Notes: a model not told the origin generated them from the sequence alone. DNA of 64,000 nt from Candidatus Paceibacter sp. (GCA_013360865.1 JABWAS010000003.1:681-64680); one strand, 5' to 3'; positions 46,393 through 61,520 are shown, numbered from the stretch's first letter. Made by a program: numbers and translations.

Positions 46393-48237
46393 ATGTTTGA
46401 GGATTTAAGAAATGGTATAATTATTAAGATGAATAAAAATACTAAATTTATCTTTGGTTTTTTAATTTTTTTCTCTTTAATTTTTTCTTTTAATTCGGCC
46501 GAAGCAGGTTTTTTTGATTGGTTTTCCCGATTCTTCGGCAAGAACGATAAAAGTGCTAAAGAAGAAGTTGTTTTGCCCAAATATTATCGCCTCGACGTTT
46601 CTAGTGTTGGCTCCGGAACGGTGATAATTAACGAAGGAAAAATGAGTTGCGGCAAAGAATGCAGAAAAATATTCCCCGAAAAAATGATAATCGAATTAAC
46701 CGCCAAACCGGACATCAATTATTTTTTCAAAAACTGGTCTGGCTGCGATTCGCCTCTTAACGAAACCTGCGAAATTGAGATGAATAAAAGCAAATACGTG
46801 ATAGCCAATTTTTCCAAAAAGAAAAACGTCGTAAGCTCATGGCAATCAAACAGTTCTAAAATCACATCCTCTTCGTTTTCGCAAAAAAGTTCAAGCGAAT
46901 CATCTGCCGCTTCTTCAAAAACATCTAGTTCTAAAATCTACTATTCAAGTAAAAGCAGTAGCTCTTTTTACAATAAGCAAATACAAAATTCCAGCGAAGC
47001 GGCCAGGCCAGTTTTTATAAAGTCAAGCAGCCCAAGCTCAAGCAGTAGTAATTTATTTCCTGTTTCCTCATCTGGAACTAAGGATACAAAAACGGGACAG
47101 TGTTCAAGTATTTTTAGTAATGGGTCTACTGACAGGAAAATCAATATATATTTTTACGAAAACGGTTTCAATCAAAAGATAAATACTTACGACACTTATG
47201 TTGAGAAAGTTATTGCCGCAACCTTTAGTGGCAGTTTTGGCGGTGATAATTTCCCCGGCGTTGAACCTTTTAAAACACTTAGGAACGAGTTTAATGTTTT
47301 TTCTTACAAAGATGAAGCTAATCTCAGTGATGGTAGTTGTTGGCCGCCGTCGCAGAGTTGTAACTCCTCAACAATAAGATTGGAACTGTCTGCTAAATGC
47401 GCTGGTTTTGTGCCAACACCTGATTTTCTAAGCAATAATGGTAATTATAATATAATTGTTGTCCCATTTGATGGCGCAAGAACAGGAACCAGTAGAGCTG
47501 TAAAACGACTGGATTCAAAAACTATCAGGATAGGTTCCAGTGATATTATTTACCACAATGTTAATGATATAAAATCGGAAATGACATCTATTGTGCACGA
47601 ATTTGGACACATTATCGGTTTATTCGATGAAGAATACTCATACTATGATCCCTATTTAGGAGCAGCCACCATGTATCCTAACGTTGACAGCGCTTCTTGT
47701 ACCAAATGGTGCGGTGGCGTTGATAAACAATCTTCTTGTTATGAACGTTACTCCGGATGGGTTGATTGTTTTAAGGAAAAATTTGTAAATAATGGCGCGG
47801 AGATTAAGTCTATTTTAGAGGTAAATAATTTAAATTATACTGCGCCTGATTTTAGTTGGTGGGGCACTTGTTTTGATATAAAACACATTAATATCTGCGG
47901 GGGAAAAATAAAAGAAATTGTAGAGAAAAAAATTAATCCTGCCGCCTATGGCCTAAATCAATCACCCGATCCCGACTGGGTTTCAAATTGGGAATATTGC
48001 AAGAATCAATTTACTGATGTTTGGGGCAGTAGCGCCTGCAATCTTGGTTTGAACTGCGGTGAAAACGGATGTTACGCCGGACAGTCACTTTCAAAATTTA
48101 CACCGTCGCCTGAAAATAGTTATCTTATGGGAAATAACTATGGCTTACAATCCAAGTTTAACAAGCATGATGAGGATATTTTAAGATATAACATCCTTAA
48201 CAAAGTAAGATATATTGATGTAGAGAATCCTGAATAA
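46393..48237 (+). CDS. Secreted Ser-rich, Cys-rich zinc metalloprotease (HEXXH), low-GC
   Basis: Signal peptide (the likely start is MNKNTKF at 46429), a ~90-aa Ser-rich linker, and HEFGHIIGLFDEEY. Its GC content is visibly lower than its neighbours. Confidence 0.5.
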   Translation: MFEDLRNGIIIKMNKNTKFIFGFLIFFSLIFSFNSAEAGFFDWFSRFFGKNDKSAKEEVVLPKYYRLDVSSVGSGTVIINEGKMSCGKECRKIFPEKMIIELTAKPDINYFFKNWSGCDSPLNETCEIEMNKSKYVIANFSKKKNVVSSWQSNSSKITSSSFSQKSSSESSAASSKTSSSKIYYSSKSSSSFYNKQIQNSSEAARPVFIKSSSPSSSSSNLFPVSSSGTKDTKTGQCSSIFSNGSTDRKINIYFYENGFNQKINTYDTYVEKVIAATFSGSFGGDNFPGVEPFKTLRNEFNVFSYKDEANLSDGSCWPPSQSCNSSTIRLELSAKCAGFVPTPDFLSNNGNYNIIVVPFDGARTGTSRAVKRLDSKTIRIGSSDIIYHNVNDIKSEMTSIVHEFGHIIGLFDEEYSYYDPYLGAATMYPNVDSASCTKWCGGVDKQSSCYERYSGWVDCFKEKFVNNGAEIKSILEVNNLNYTAPDFSWWGTCFDIKHINICGGKIKEIVEKKINPAAYGLNQSPDPDWVSNWEYCKNQFTDVWGSSACNLGLNCGENGCYAGQSLSKFTPSPENSYLMGNNYGLQSKFNKHDEDILRYNILNKVRYIDVENPE

Positions 48238-48272
48238 ATAAAACCAAGTGATTGTAAATATTCAAGCCGTTT

Positions 48273-49211
48273 TTATTTTAAGCTAAAAACGGCAATCAGG
48301 TTGGAAACGTGCACGAATTTGATGACCCGCAAAATATAAAATAAAGCCTTTAATCTGCCGCCTTTGAAGCCGTTTATTTTGTATCCCAACGACTCGTTTA
48401 TTATCCCCGCCTGCTTCGGCAATAAATCTTTTTTGAAACGCGAAACCATACGGACGTATTCTTTCAAAAAAACGCCTAGTTTTTCCGAATAGGTTTCGTC
48501 TTTAAAAATTTTTATTTTATCTTCCAGTTTGCTTTTTTCTATCCTATCAAGATATATCAGCACCGCGTCAACGTCGTAGAGAACCGCCTTGATGGCGTAT
48601 TTGACTCCCTTTTTCCACAAAACCGGAAACGGCCACATTATTAAGGAAACAATGGAAAAATATTGCGGGATCAGTATTCCTTTTAACTTTTCCCAACCCG
48701 TGCCTTGGACTTTTATTTCTCTGGTAATGTCCCTGCCCCAATAAACTTTTCCGTCCCGTTTGAAGTTCAAGAAAACGGAGTATTGCGAAGCGAAAAGATT
48801 GGCTCCTAGAGCGACACCCTTTTTAAGCACCTTGCCGTTTACCCAGTCCAAGTCGTTTGGCCCGTAAACGAAAAGCGGCGCGAACAGCGGCGTTTTGGAT
48901 TCTATTGATTTAAAAACTTTTTCCACGCCGGTTTTGGCCTCTTTGGCGCACACTTTTTGAAACTCGGTGCCGTATTTCTCGTCCAGTTTCCAAAAAATTT
49001 CGGTGGCGTAATTTTTTATTTCTTCCACATTTCCGTCGGATTTTGTCTGAATGAGCAGGTCAATATCGGAAGCGCCTTTTACAAACTCCCCTCTGGCCGC
49101 TGAGCCGTAAAGGATAATGAAGTCAATATCATCGTTAAACTTCCGCCCAACATTATCGGATAATTCCCGGACGAAATTATCAATTAAAATCTGATCTTGT
49201 TGATTGAACAT
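48273..49211 (-). CDS. Pol-beta-superfamily nucleotidyltransferase domain protein
   Basis: ILYGSAARGEFVKGASDIDLLI (the GS…G…DxD NTase motif). Confidence 0.5.
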   Translation of the reverse strand: MFNQQDQILIDNFVRELSDNVGRKFNDDIDFIILYGSAARGEFVKGASDIDLLIQTKSDGNVEEIKNYATEIFWKLDEKYGTEFQKVCAKEAKTGVEKVFKSIESKTPLFAPLFVYGPNDLDWVNGKVLKKGVALGANLFASQYSVFLNFKRDGKVYWGRDITREIKVQGTGWEKLKGILIPQYFSIVSLIMWPFPVLWKKGVKYAIKAVLYDVDAVLIYLDRIEKSKLEDKIKIFKDETYSEKLGVFLKEYVRMVSRFKKDLLPKQAGIINESLGYKINGFKGGRLKALFYILRVIKFVHVSNLIAVFSLK

Positions 49212-49221
49212 CTTTATAATA

Positions 49222-50382
49222 TTAAACTTTCTTATACTCTTTCTCCACTTTTTCCAACGCCGATTTTTTGCCAGAGTTTATGGCTTCTCTGATTTTGGCA
49301 AACAAAGTTTTGTAGAAATATATGTTGTGCAAGGTGGCTAGGCGTTGGGCTTCGGGTTTGTTTTCCTTGAACAGCCGGTTTAAGTCTTTGCGCTTTATGC
49401 CTCCGGCGCACATTTGGCAAAGGCAACTTCTTTCTATAACTTTTTTATCTTTGGCAAACACGCCTCTTTTAATATCAAGCCGGCCATCGCGACTGAAGAC
49501 GCAGCCATGCCGCGCTTCACGGGTAGGTATGACGCAATCAAAAGTGTCTATGCCGTTTTTGACGCCGATAAAAATATCTTTTACCCGGCCAATACCCAGA
49601 AGATGTCTCGGCCTGTCTTCCGGCAATCCGCTTAAAGACCATCCTATAACCTTGCCCATCTGCTTTTCGCCGAAGGAGCCGCCGATACCGAAACCGTCAA
49701 AAGGCAATGAGCCGATGGCTTTGGAACTTTCCTTTCTTAAATCTTCAAAAACGCCGCCCTGCACTATGCCAAACAAGAGTTGCTCTTTGCCTCTTTTGAC
49801 CTTGAGACATTTTTTAGCCCAGTCATGAGTCCTTTTTAGCGCCCTTTTATTGTATTCGTAATCGTGCAAAGGAGAGGTGCACTCGTCAAAAGCGAAAATT
49901 ATGTCGGCGCCGATGTCTTTTTGCAGCGAGATTGATTTGGCCGGAGTCAGCTCGTATTTTTTGCCGTCGTAATTGAAAACAACGCCATTATTTGTAATCC
50001 TAACGGGATTTTTAGTACTATTGACGTTCGATGTCGATAGTGAATTTTCTGAATTTACTTTGCCGATTTTGTGGACTTTCCCCCAGCCGAGGCTGAATAC
50101 CTGGAAGCCGCCGCTGTCGGTCATAATCGGATTCTTCGCGCCGAACATTTTACGCAATCCTCCGGCTTTTTTTATCTCCTTCCATTTGCCGGTGACAAAA
50201 AGATGAAAAGTGTTGGATATGGTCAGCTCCGGCGAAGCGGCCAGATAATCTTTTTTATCCAAGGCTTTTATCACGCCGTGAGTGGCCACGAAAGCGAAGT
50301 TGGGAGTTTCTATATCACCGTGAGCGGTTTTTATTACACCAGTCCTAACTCTCCCTATTTTGTTTTTTATGGAAAAAGACAC
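49222..50382 (-). CDS. tgt: Queuine tRNA-ribosyltransferase (tRNA-guanine transglycosylase)
   Basis: …TPNFAFVATHGVIKAL…, MTDSGGFQVFSL, and the zinc site CLCQMCAGG…H. Confidence 0.8.
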   Translation of the reverse strand: MSFSIKNKIGRVRTGVIKTAHGDIETPNFAFVATHGVIKALDKKDYLAASPELTISNTFHLFVTGKWKEIKKAGGLRKMFGAKNPIMTDSGGFQVFSLGWGKVHKIGKVNSENSLSTSNVNSTKNPVRITNNGVVFNYDGKKYELTPAKSISLQKDIGADIIFAFDECTSPLHDYEYNKRALKRTHDWAKKCLKVKRGKEQLLFGIVQGGVFEDLRKESSKAIGSLPFDGFGIGGSFGEKQMGKVIGWSLSGLPEDRPRHLLGIGRVKDIFIGVKNGIDTFDCVIPTREARHGCVFSRDGRLDIKRGVFAKDKKVIERSCLCQMCAGGIKRKDLNRLFKENKPEAQRLATLHNIYFYKTLFAKIREAINSGKKSALEKVEKEYKKV

Positions 50383-50384
50383 AA

Positions 50385-51548
50385 CTAGTAGCTCTTAAGT
50401 CTGTTCGCCTTCTCGTGCGTCCTGATTTTTTCCAAAGCTTTGGCTTCTATCTGCCTGATACGCTCTCGGGTTACGCCGAACTCCTTGCCCACCTCTTCAA
50501 GCGTATGGATGATGCCGTCGCCCAATCCGAAACGCATCTTCAAAATCTTCTGTTCCTTGGGCGAAAGGTCCTTCAAAATTTCTTCAAACTGGTCGGCCAG
50601 AATACCCTGGGCGGTCTGCTGGTCGGAAGACAGAATTTTGTCGTCTTTGAGGAAGTCGCCAAGTGTGGATTCCTCGTCGTCGCCCACCGGAGCCTCAAAG
50701 GAAACTGTGCTTTGGTCTATTTTCTGGATGTGGTGGATTTTCTCCACGTCCATGTTCATCTCCGCCGCTATTTCTTCCGGCAAAGGCTCTCTGCCCAAAT
50801 CCTGCGACAACCGCCTCAACACCTGTTTGTATTTGGAAATTGTTTCCATCATGTGCACTGGAATCCTGATGGTTCTGGCCTGGTCGGCGATGGCCCTGGT
50901 GATGGCCTGGCGGATCCACCAGGTGGCGTAGGTGGAGAATTTGTAGCCCTTTCTCCAGTTGAACTTTTCCACCGCGCGGAATAAGCCGAAATTGCCCTCC
51001 TGAATGAGGTCCAAAATGGACAAGTCCGGACTACGCCCGACGTATTTTTTGGCGATAGAAACGACAAGCCTCAAGTTGGCTTTGATGAGAATGCTTTTGG
51101 CCTCTTCGTCTCCCTCCTCTATCCTTCTGGCCAGTTCCCTTTCTTTGGCCGCGTCAATAAGCGGTATCTTGCCGATTTCGCGCAAATACATCTGCACCGC
51201 GTCCACCGACTCCTTGTCCAGATACATATCCAGCTTTTTATCCTGCTCTGCCTCCGATTCTATCAGGTCTTTGTTTTCAATAACGTCCACGCCCGATTCC
51301 TGGAAGGTGTCGTACAAGCTGTCCAAAAGGCCGATGTCTTCTTCTATGGACGGAAACTCCTTCAGTATTTCCGTGAAAGTAACGAAGCCCCTCATTTTTC
51401 CTTTTCTTAAGAGGGTTTCTGTTTTAATTTTGATTTCCTCGGCTTTGGAAATTTTTTTAACCTTCGGCATGGCGGTTTTCTTCGCCTCTTTCTTGGGCTT
51501 GGCTGCCGCTTTGGAAACACTTTTCGTTTTTTTGTTTTTGGCGCTCAT
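50385..51548 (-). CDS. rpoD: RNA polymerase sigma factor RpoD (sigma70)
   Basis: Region 2.4 [28 protein letters not shown], region 4 HTH; a basic N-terminal tail. Confidence 0.9.
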   Translation of the reverse strand: MSAKNKKTKSVSKAAAKPKKEAKKTAMPKVKKISKAEEIKIKTETLLRKGKMRGFVTFTEILKEFPSIEEDIGLLDSLYDTFQESGVDVIENKDLIESEAEQDKKLDMYLDKESVDAVQMYLREIGKIPLIDAAKERELARRIEEGDEEAKSILIKANLRLVVSIAKKYVGRSPDLSILDLIQEGNFGLFRAVEKFNWRKGYKFSTYATWWIRQAITRAIADQARTIRIPVHMMETISKYKQVLRRLSQDLGREPLPEEIAAEMNMDVEKIHHIQKIDQSTVSFEAPVGDDEESTLGDFLKDDKILSSDQQTAQGILADQFEEILKDLSPKEQKILKMRFGLGDGIIHTLEEVGKEFGVTRERIRQIEAKALEKIRTHEKANRLKSY

Positions 51549-51558
51549 ATTATTTTTA

Positions 51559-53244
51559 TTATTTAAAATTATTTAACTTTTTAGTAAGAGTATGAAAATC
51601 ATTTAAGCAGCTTTCCAGTTCCTTTTCCGCGCTTTCCGCTTTTTCCGTTTCCAGTTTTCTTATCCGTCGCGTTATCTCTTCCAGTTCGTTTTTTAATTTT
51701 TCTTTGGATAACTCTTTTTCCATTTTCTCCATCTCCTCCTTCAGCGTCTCGGAACCGTCAAAATAAATTTCCGCTTCCGTTATTATTTTATTTATATCAT
51801 TATCTTGCAATTTGTCAACGTAGTCTTTTATCCGTTCCAGAACTTGTCCGGCCGCGCTTTTTATTTCCGGATTTCGCGATTCTTTTTGCCACAGGGCCAG
51901 CCCGGCCAGCCGGTTGGAAAGAAATTCCAGGCGGGTTTTGGGCGCGAAGCTTTTTTGGCGCACTGTCAAGGTCTCGCCTTGACTGTCAAGGCGAGACCTT
52001 GACAGTGGTTCTAGTTTTACTTTCTTCAACTCCTGCCAGACCGGTTCTTCGGATATGCCGAATTTGTCGGCTATTTTTTTGACCACCTGCGCTTTCTCAA
52101 TCTCGCTGGGCAACCCGGCTATCAAAGGCAGGATTTTACCTTCCACCGATTTGCGGTCGCCCGCCGCCTCCAGCAGAAAGTCAAAAATATTCCGGGCGCT
52201 TTCCACCGCCGCCAGCCAGCTTTCCGGGTCTTCCAAAACGGCGTCCGCCGGATCTTTGCCGGAAGGGATGACGGCCGCCCTCACCTCCAAACCTTCCGCC
52301 AAGGCCATGGATATGCTTCTTTGCGCCGCGCTGATTCCGGCCCGGTCGCTGTCAAAAGCCATTATTATTTTGTCGGCCAGTCTTTTTATAAGGTTGAGGT
52401 GAAACGAAGTTAAAGCCGTTCCGGAAACAGCCACCGTGTTTGACACCCCGGCCTGACGCGACATTATCGCGTCCATCTGCCCTTCCACCAAAACGCAGGA
52501 GTTCGTTTTGCGGATTTCCCCTTTGGCTTTGTCAAAAGCGTAAAGAAGGCGGGACTTGTCGTACAAAACCGTCTGCGGCGTGTTGACGTATTTGCCTTCA
52601 TTGCCGGCCTGTTCGCCAAAAATTCTGCCGCTGAAGCCGACAACCTGGCCGGAAGAATTGGCCAGCGGAAACATTATCCGGCTCCGGAAGCGGTCGTAAT
52701 AACCCTTGGACGACTTTATGACCATTCCCGCTTTTTCCATTTCCGCGTCAGCATAGCCTTTTTTCTTCAAAAAATCATAGAGATTCCTCCAGCCTTCCGG
52801 AGCGAAGCCTATGCCGAAAGCTTTGGCCATTTCCCCTTTCACGCCTCGTTTTTTAAGGTAATCTATGACCGCGGAATTTTTCCTCAATTCGTTTTCGTAA
52901 AATATCGCGGCGCTTTGCGTCAGATGGAGCAGTTTCGTCCGTTCGTTTTTCTGCCCAATGTTTATTTTCTCCACCCGCACTCCGGCCCGGTCGGCCAAAA
53001 TTTTCAGCGCTTCCACGAAATCAATCCCTTCCATCTCCATCACGAAACTGAACATATCTCCGCCTTTGGAACAGCCGAAGCAATGCCAGCTTTCCCTGGC
53101 GGGAGAAACGAAAAACGAGGGCGTTTTTTCCGCGTGGAACGGGCAGCAGGCTTTGTAAGACGAGCCCGCTTTAGTGAGTTTGACGTAGCTCTGAACCACG
53201 TCAACTATGCCGAGGCGGGATTTAATTTGCTCAACGGTAGACAT
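51559..53244 (-). CDS. dnaG: DNA primase
   Basis: Zinc ribbon [15 protein letters not shown]…[11 protein letters not shown] and a TOPRIM domain; it contains an in-frame palindromic insert at 51961-52007. Confidence 0.9.
   Translation of the reverse strand: MSTVEQIKSRLGIVDVVQSYVKLTKAGSSYKACCPFHAEKTPSFFVSPARESWHCFGCSKGGDMFSFVMEMEGIDFVEALKILADRAGVRVEKINIGQKNERTKLLHLTQSAAIFYENELRKNSAVIDYLKKRGVKGEMAKAFGIGFAPEGWRNLYDFLKKKGYADAEMEKAGMVIKSSKGYYDRFRSRIMFPLANSSGQVVGFSGRIFGEQAGNEGKYVNTPQTVLYDKSRLLYAFDKAKGEIRKTNSCVLVEGQMDAIMSRQAGVSNTVAVSGTALTSFHLNLIKRLADKIIMAFDSDRAGISAAQRSISMALAEGLEVRAAVIPSGKDPADAVLEDPESWLAAVESARNIFDFLLEAAGDRKSVEGKILPLIAGLPSEIEKAQVVKKIADKFGISEEPVWQELKKVKLEPLSRSRLDSQGETLTVRQKSFAPKTRLEFLSNRLAGLALWQKESRNPEIKSAAGQVLERIKDYVDKLQDNDINKIITEAEIYFDGSETLKEEMEKMEKELSKEKLKNELEEITRRIRKLETEKAESAEKELESCLNDFHTLTKKLNNFK
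51961..52007. repeat. 47-bp palindrome CACTGTCAAGGTCTCGCCTTGAC t GTCAAGGCGAGACCTTGACAGTG in-frame inside dnaG (encodes [16 protein letters not shown])
   Basis: 23-bp perfect arms; the same core as the palindrome at 28421-28471. Confidence 0.8.
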
Positions 53245-53307
53245 AAATTAGGGACTAGGAATTAGCCACTAGCCATTAGTTTAGCACCTAGCTAATTTTA
53301 CTAATAA

Positions 53308-56940
<3,633 letters not shown>

Positions 56941-56967
56941 AGATTTTTAAATTTAATTTGAATAATT

Positions 56968-58392
56968 TTATTTGACTTCGCCGTCTTTCTTCAGATAAAT
57001 GTCCAGCGCCAGACCTCTTAACTCGCTTAGCAAAACGTTAAACGACGCCGGCAGGTTGGGACTCTTGAACTTCTCTCCTTTGATAATGGAATTGTAAGCC
57101 GCCGCCCTGCCCGCGATGTCGTCTGATTTGATGGTCAATATTTCCTGCAGAGTGTGAGACGCGCCGTATCCTTCCAGCGCCCACACCTCCATTTCTCCGA
57201 ATCTCTGGCCTCCGCCCTGGGCCTTGCCGCCGAGTGGCTGCTGGGTGATAAGCGAGTAAGGGCCGATGGACCTCATGTGAATCTTGTCTTCCACCATATG
57301 ATCCAGCTTCATCATGTAAATCTGACCAACGGTCACCTTCTGGTCAAAAGATTCTCCGGTCCTGCCGTCGTAAAGTTTGAACTTGCCGTCTTCCGGATAG
57401 CCGGCCTTCTTGAGTTCTTCTTTTATTTCCTCCTCGGTCGCGCCGTTGAATCCCGGGGTTATGGCATGATAGCCGAGTTTTTCCGCCGCCATGCCAAGAT
57501 GAGTTTCCAAAATCTGGCCGATGTTCATACGGGAAGCAACGCCCAGCGGGTTGAGAATAATATCCACCGGCGTGCCGTCTTCCATGTAAGGCATGTCTTC
57601 CACCGGCAATATTCTGGAGATGACTCCTTTGTTGCCGTGCCGGCCGGCCAGCTTGTCTCCCACGGAAATTTTGCGCAGGCTGGCGATTTCCACGGAAACC
57701 TGTTTGATGATTCCCGGTTCCAGTTTGTCGCCCATATCGCGCGAGAAAACTTTGATGCCGATGACCCGGCCTTTCTTGCCGTGGTCAAGCCGCAGCGAGG
57801 TGTCTTTAACGTCTCTCGCCCTCTCGCCGAAAATTGAGCGCAAAAGCCTCTCTTCCGGCGTGAGTTCCACTTCTCCTTTGGGAGAAATTTTTCCGACCAA
57901 AATGTCGTCGGCCCGGACTTCCGCGCCGATGCGCACGATGCCGTCCTCGTCCAGATCTTTGAGCTTTTCTTCGCCGACGTTGGGTATGTCGTAAGTGGTC
58001 ATTTCCGGCCCGAGCTTGGTGTCTCTGACGTTGATGGAAAATTCTTCCACGTGAATTGAGGAAAATTTGTCCTCCCGGACCATTCTTTCGGAAAGAATGA
58101 TGGCGTCTTCAAAGTTGGAACCCTTCCAGGACAGGAAGGCCACCAGCGCGTTCTGCCCCATGGCCATCCGGCCGCGGTCGCTGGAGTAGTTGTCGGCCAA
58201 AACGTCGCCCTTTTTCACCTCGTCGCCCACGTTGACCGACGGGCGGTGATGAATCGCCGTCAGCGCGTTGGAGCGCAGGAAAGTCGCCAGAGCGTATTCT
58301 CTTTTTTTCTTCGGCCCTTCTTTTATTATTATTTTTGAAGCGTCAACGTAATCAACCGCGGCAGGCTCTGTCTTCCATGCCCGTGCCGACAA
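56968..58392 (-). CDS. rpoB: RNA polymerase subunit beta, C-terminal portion (out of frame with the N-terminal portion)
   Basis: …[12 protein letters not shown]…, [15 protein letters not shown], …MEVWALEAYGA…; the ORF track begins it at a TTG. Confidence 0.85.
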   Translation of the reverse strand: MSARAWKTEPAAVDYVDASKIIIKEGPKKKREYALATFLRSNALTAIHHRPSVNVGDEVKKGDVLADNYSSDRGRMAMGQNALVAFLSWKGSNFEDAIILSERMVREDKFSSIHVEEFSINVRDTKLGPEMTTYDIPNVGEEKLKDLDEDGIVRIGAEVRADDILVGKISPKGEVELTPEERLLRSIFGERARDVKDTSLRLDHGKKGRVIGIKVFSRDMGDKLEPGIIKQVSVEIASLRKISVGDKLAGRHGNKGVISRILPVEDMPYMEDGTPVDIILNPLGVASRMNIGQILETHLGMAAEKLGYHAITPGFNGATEEEIKEELKKAGYPEDGKFKLYDGRTGESFDQKVTVGQIYMMKLDHMVEDKIHMRSIGPYSLITQQPLGGKAQGGGQRFGEMEVWALEGYGASHTLQEILTIKSDDIAGRAAAYNSIIKGEKFKSPNLPASFNVLLSELRGLALDIYLKKDGEVK

Positions 58393-60103
58393 GCGGCGCT
58401 TCGGGTTTGATGCAGGGCACTCCCTGCTTCTGCATGTTGGAACCCATCAGGGCTCTGGTGGCGTCGTCGTGTTCAAGGAAAGGAATCATGCTCGTGGCGA
58501 CGCTATAGGCCTGATTGGGAGCCACGTCCATATAGTGAACGTCGTATTTGCTGACAAGGCCGGGCTGGGACATTATCCTCGCTCCCACTTCGTCGTTAAG
58601 AATTTCCCCCGTCTTCTCGTCGTATTTCACTTCGGCGTGGGCGATGTTGTATTTGGCTTCGTCCAAAGCGTTCAGATAAACAATCTCTTTGGTGACTTTG
58701 CCGTTTTCCACTTTCCGGTACGGAGTTTCCAGAATTCCGAACTCGTTGAGCCGGGCATGCACGGACAAATGAACCACCAGACCGATGTTCGGACCTTCCG
58801 GCGTCTGAATCGGGCAGATTCTTCCATAATGGGAAGAGTGCACGTCGCGGACTTCAAATCCGGCCCTCTCCCTGTTGAGGCCGCCGGGCCCGAGGGCGGA
58901 CAATCTCCGCAGGTGCTCAAGTTCGTCCAGCGTGTTCTTCTGGCTCATGAACTGGGAAAGCTGGTTGGTGGTGAAGAAGTCCCTGACCGCCGTCATAAAA
59001 GGCCGGTTGTTGACTATCTGCAAAGGCATAAGCGTCGCGGGGTCGGCGGTGGACATCCTGTCCTGGATGTTCCTCTTCATTTTGGCCATGTTGGCCCGCA
59101 GTCTTTGCTGGAGCAGTTCTCCCACTCCCCTTATTCTTCTGTTGCCAAGGTTGTCTATGTCGTCCGGCTGGGCCAGGGGGTTGTTGTTGAGTCCGATTAT
59201 TTTTTTGATGATGCCAATAAGGTCGTCTTTGGTTATCGTTCTCGGCTCTTTTTTGATGTTGTCCACCGGTTTGCCCAGGCGGTTGTTGAGCTTATATCTT
59301 CCGGTCAGGGAAAGGTCGTATCTTTCAGAGTCAAAAATGGCGTCAATGTAGTTTTTGCTGTTCTCAAAGCCGAGCATGTCTATCGGCTCGCCCGGTCTCA
59401 ATCTCCGGTAAAGCTCTATGTACGCCTCCTCAATGGTTTTAGCAAGATCTTTTTCCAGAGTTTTCTTGATGTACTGGATTTTGCCGGTGTCCGCTTCGGA
59501 AAAAGCTTTCTCAATTTCGGCGGCGGTCTTCATTCCGAATATTTTTAAAATAGAGGTGACGGGGATTTTTCTTTTGTTGTCTATGCGCGCGTAGATAACT
59601 CCGTCCGGTTCCGTCTCCAGCTCAATCCAGATTCCGCGCGACGGTATTATTTTTGAACCGAAATATTTCTTGCCCTTGGTGACGCTGGCGGTAAACTGCG
59701 CGCCAAAAGAACGGGCCAGCTGCGGCACGATGACCCTTTCCACGCCGTTTATGATAAAAGTTCCCCGCCTTGTCATTATGGGGAAATCGGCCAGAAATAT
59801 CTCCTGTTCTTTGGCCTGTCCTATTTCTTTATTGGTGAGTTTTAATTTTATCTTCAGCGGAGCCTCCAGGGTGAGATTGCGGGCGCGGGCCGTCATCTCG
59901 TCAACCTTGGGCTCCTCCAGAACGTAGCCGGAGAATTCCAGGATGAATTTTTTCTGCGAATAGTCTTGGATCGGAAAGAATTCCTGAAACAATTCCTTCA
60001 AACCTTCGGTTATAATCCATTGAAAAGAGTCCGTGTGCACTTTTGCCAGATGGGGCATCGGCAAAATCGACTCTTTGAACTTGGAAAAATATTTCTTCTT
60101 CAT
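58352..60103 (-). CDS. rpoB: RNA polymerase subunit beta, N-terminal portion, ending …[15 protein letters not shown]
   Basis: Conserved beta N-terminal regions through the fork loop; it overlaps the C-terminal ORF by 41 nt in a different frame. Confidence 0.85.
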   Translation of the reverse strand: MKKKYFSKFKESILPMPHLAKVHTDSFQWIITEGLKELFQEFFPIQDYSQKKFILEFSGYVLEEPKVDEMTARARNLTLEAPLKIKLKLTNKEIGQAKEQEIFLADFPIMTRRGTFIINGVERVIVPQLARSFGAQFTASVTKGKKYFGSKIIPSRGIWIELETEPDGVIYARIDNKRKIPVTSILKIFGMKTAAEIEKAFSEADTGKIQYIKKTLEKDLAKTIEEAYIELYRRLRPGEPIDMLGFENSKNYIDAIFDSERYDLSLTGRYKLNNRLGKPVDNIKKEPRTITKDDLIGIIKKIIGLNNNPLAQPDDIDNLGNRRIRGVGELLQQRLRANMAKMKRNIQDRMSTADPATLMPLQIVNNRPFMTAVRDFFTTNQLSQFMSQKNTLDELEHLRRLSALGPGGLNRERAGFEVRDVHSSHYGRICPIQTPEGPNIGLVVHLSVHARLNEFGILETPYRKVENGKVTKEIVYLNALDEAKYNIAHAEVKYDEKTGEILNDEVGARIMSQPGLVSKYDVHYMDVAPNQAYSVATSMIPFLEHDDATRALMGSNMQKQGVPCIKPEAPLVGTGMEDRACRG

Positions 60104-60465
60104 TAATTATTTTTTAATTATTTAAAATTTATAATTTTATTAATTTTAAAAACAAAAATATTTTGAAATAAACGCGAAATCGCTGAAGAAAAACCCGTCT
60201 GGGCGCTTGCCCCGTACCACGCCTCTAAGGCTGTGGTTTTTGCTTCATGCTTGTAATTTCAAAGCGTTCACCCCACTTTCGCCGGCGTGCTTTTCGCGTG
60301 GTATGGGGTAAAAGGCAAAAAAATAACAAAAATCCTCAAATTCGGATCCTTTGATAAAAATTTATTGTATTGCCTTAATAATATACTTTATTTTTTATCT
60401 GTCAACTCCACACATTCTTAAAAATTTCAACCTGTGGATAAGTAACCCAAAAAACCGACATCCGA

Positions 60466-60520
60466 TGTCTGAGAATTTTTGACATCGGATGTCGGTTTTA
60501 ATCCCGTCTGTTGTTGGTTG
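60466..60520. promoter_or_regulatory. Doubled palindrome CCGACATCCGATGTC…GACATCGGATGTCGG, flanked by an A-run and a T-run, in the rpoB/GT2 divergent region
   Basis: 15-bp inverted arms, each arm itself palindromic (GACATCSGATGTC). Confidence 0.45.
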
Positions 60521-60626
60521 CAAAAAGGCCACTCCCGGTGTGTAAGCGTAGAAAAAGTCTCGCATATTCTTATGTTTATAATTTCAACTACTTGTTTTAT
60601 TAATAATCAATACCTATAATCTAAAA

Positions 60627-61520
60627 GTGGAAAAATCCAATTCTAATCATTATAAATTCTCAATAATCTTACCCGCGTATAACGAAGAAAAGGCCATAGG
60701 AAAAGTCATAGACGATGTAAGGATATCTTTAGATAACTCAAAATACAGAAATTCCTACGAGATTTTAGTTGTAGATGATTGTTCCTCAGACAAAACCGCT
60801 GAAATCGCGACTTCAAAAAATGTAGAGGTTATCAGAAGAAAAATTAACGGCGGAAGCGGCGCTTCCAGAAAAACGGGCATATTGGCAGCCAAAGGCGAAG
60901 TTATAGTAATGCTGGACGCTGATGATACTTATACTGCCAGCGACATCCCCGTGATGTTTGATTATTTCCCCGACTACGATCAGGTTAACGGGGCAAGAGA
61001 TTCCGAACAGGGCACCCTAAAATTTTTAAGATTGCCAATGAAACTGATCCTGCGCAAATTGGCTTCTTATCTAAGCAGGACTAAAATTCCCGATCTCAAC
61101 ACAGGGCTTAAAGCTTTTAAAAAGGAAATAATGCTTAAATATCTGTGGGTTATTCCTGACGGATTCAGCTGTGTAACGACAATGACACTGGCTTTTCTAT
61201 GCAACGGACACAAGGTCAAGTATATTCCCACAAAATACAAAAAAAGGCTCGGAAATTCAAAGTTTCATCCAATTAAAGATACTTCCAAGTATCTGCAAAC
61301 CATAATCAGAATAATTCTTTATTTTAATCCTTTGAAAATATTTTCATCTTTAAGTTTTATTTTGTTCGTTTCAGCCATTGTTGTTTTTTTATACAGTTAT
61401 TTTTTCAGAGAAAAAATACTGGATATTACCATTTTGATTCTGCTAATCACGGCGATTCAGGTTCTTGGAATGGGAATGATCGCCGAATTGATAGTAAAAA
61501 GTAAAAACGCCAACAACTGA
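60627..61520 (+). CDS. Family 2 glycosyltransferase (polyprenol-phosphate sugar synthase-like) with C-terminal TM helices
   Basis: FSIILPAYNEE, VVDDCSSDKT, and the DAD motif. Confidence 0.75.
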   Translation: MEKSNSNHYKFSIILPAYNEEKAIGKVIDDVRISLDNSKYRNSYEILVVDDCSSDKTAEIATSKNVEVIRRKINGGSGASRKTGILAAKGEVIVMLDADDTYTASDIPVMFDYFPDYDQVNGARDSEQGTLKFLRLPMKLILRKLASYLSRTKIPDLNTGLKAFKKEIMLKYLWVIPDGFSCVTTMTLAFLCNGHKVKYIPTKYKKRLGNSKFHPIKDTSKYLQTIIRIILYFNPLKIFSSLSFILFVSAIVVFLYSYFFREKILDITILILLITAIQVLGMGMIAELIVKSKNANN

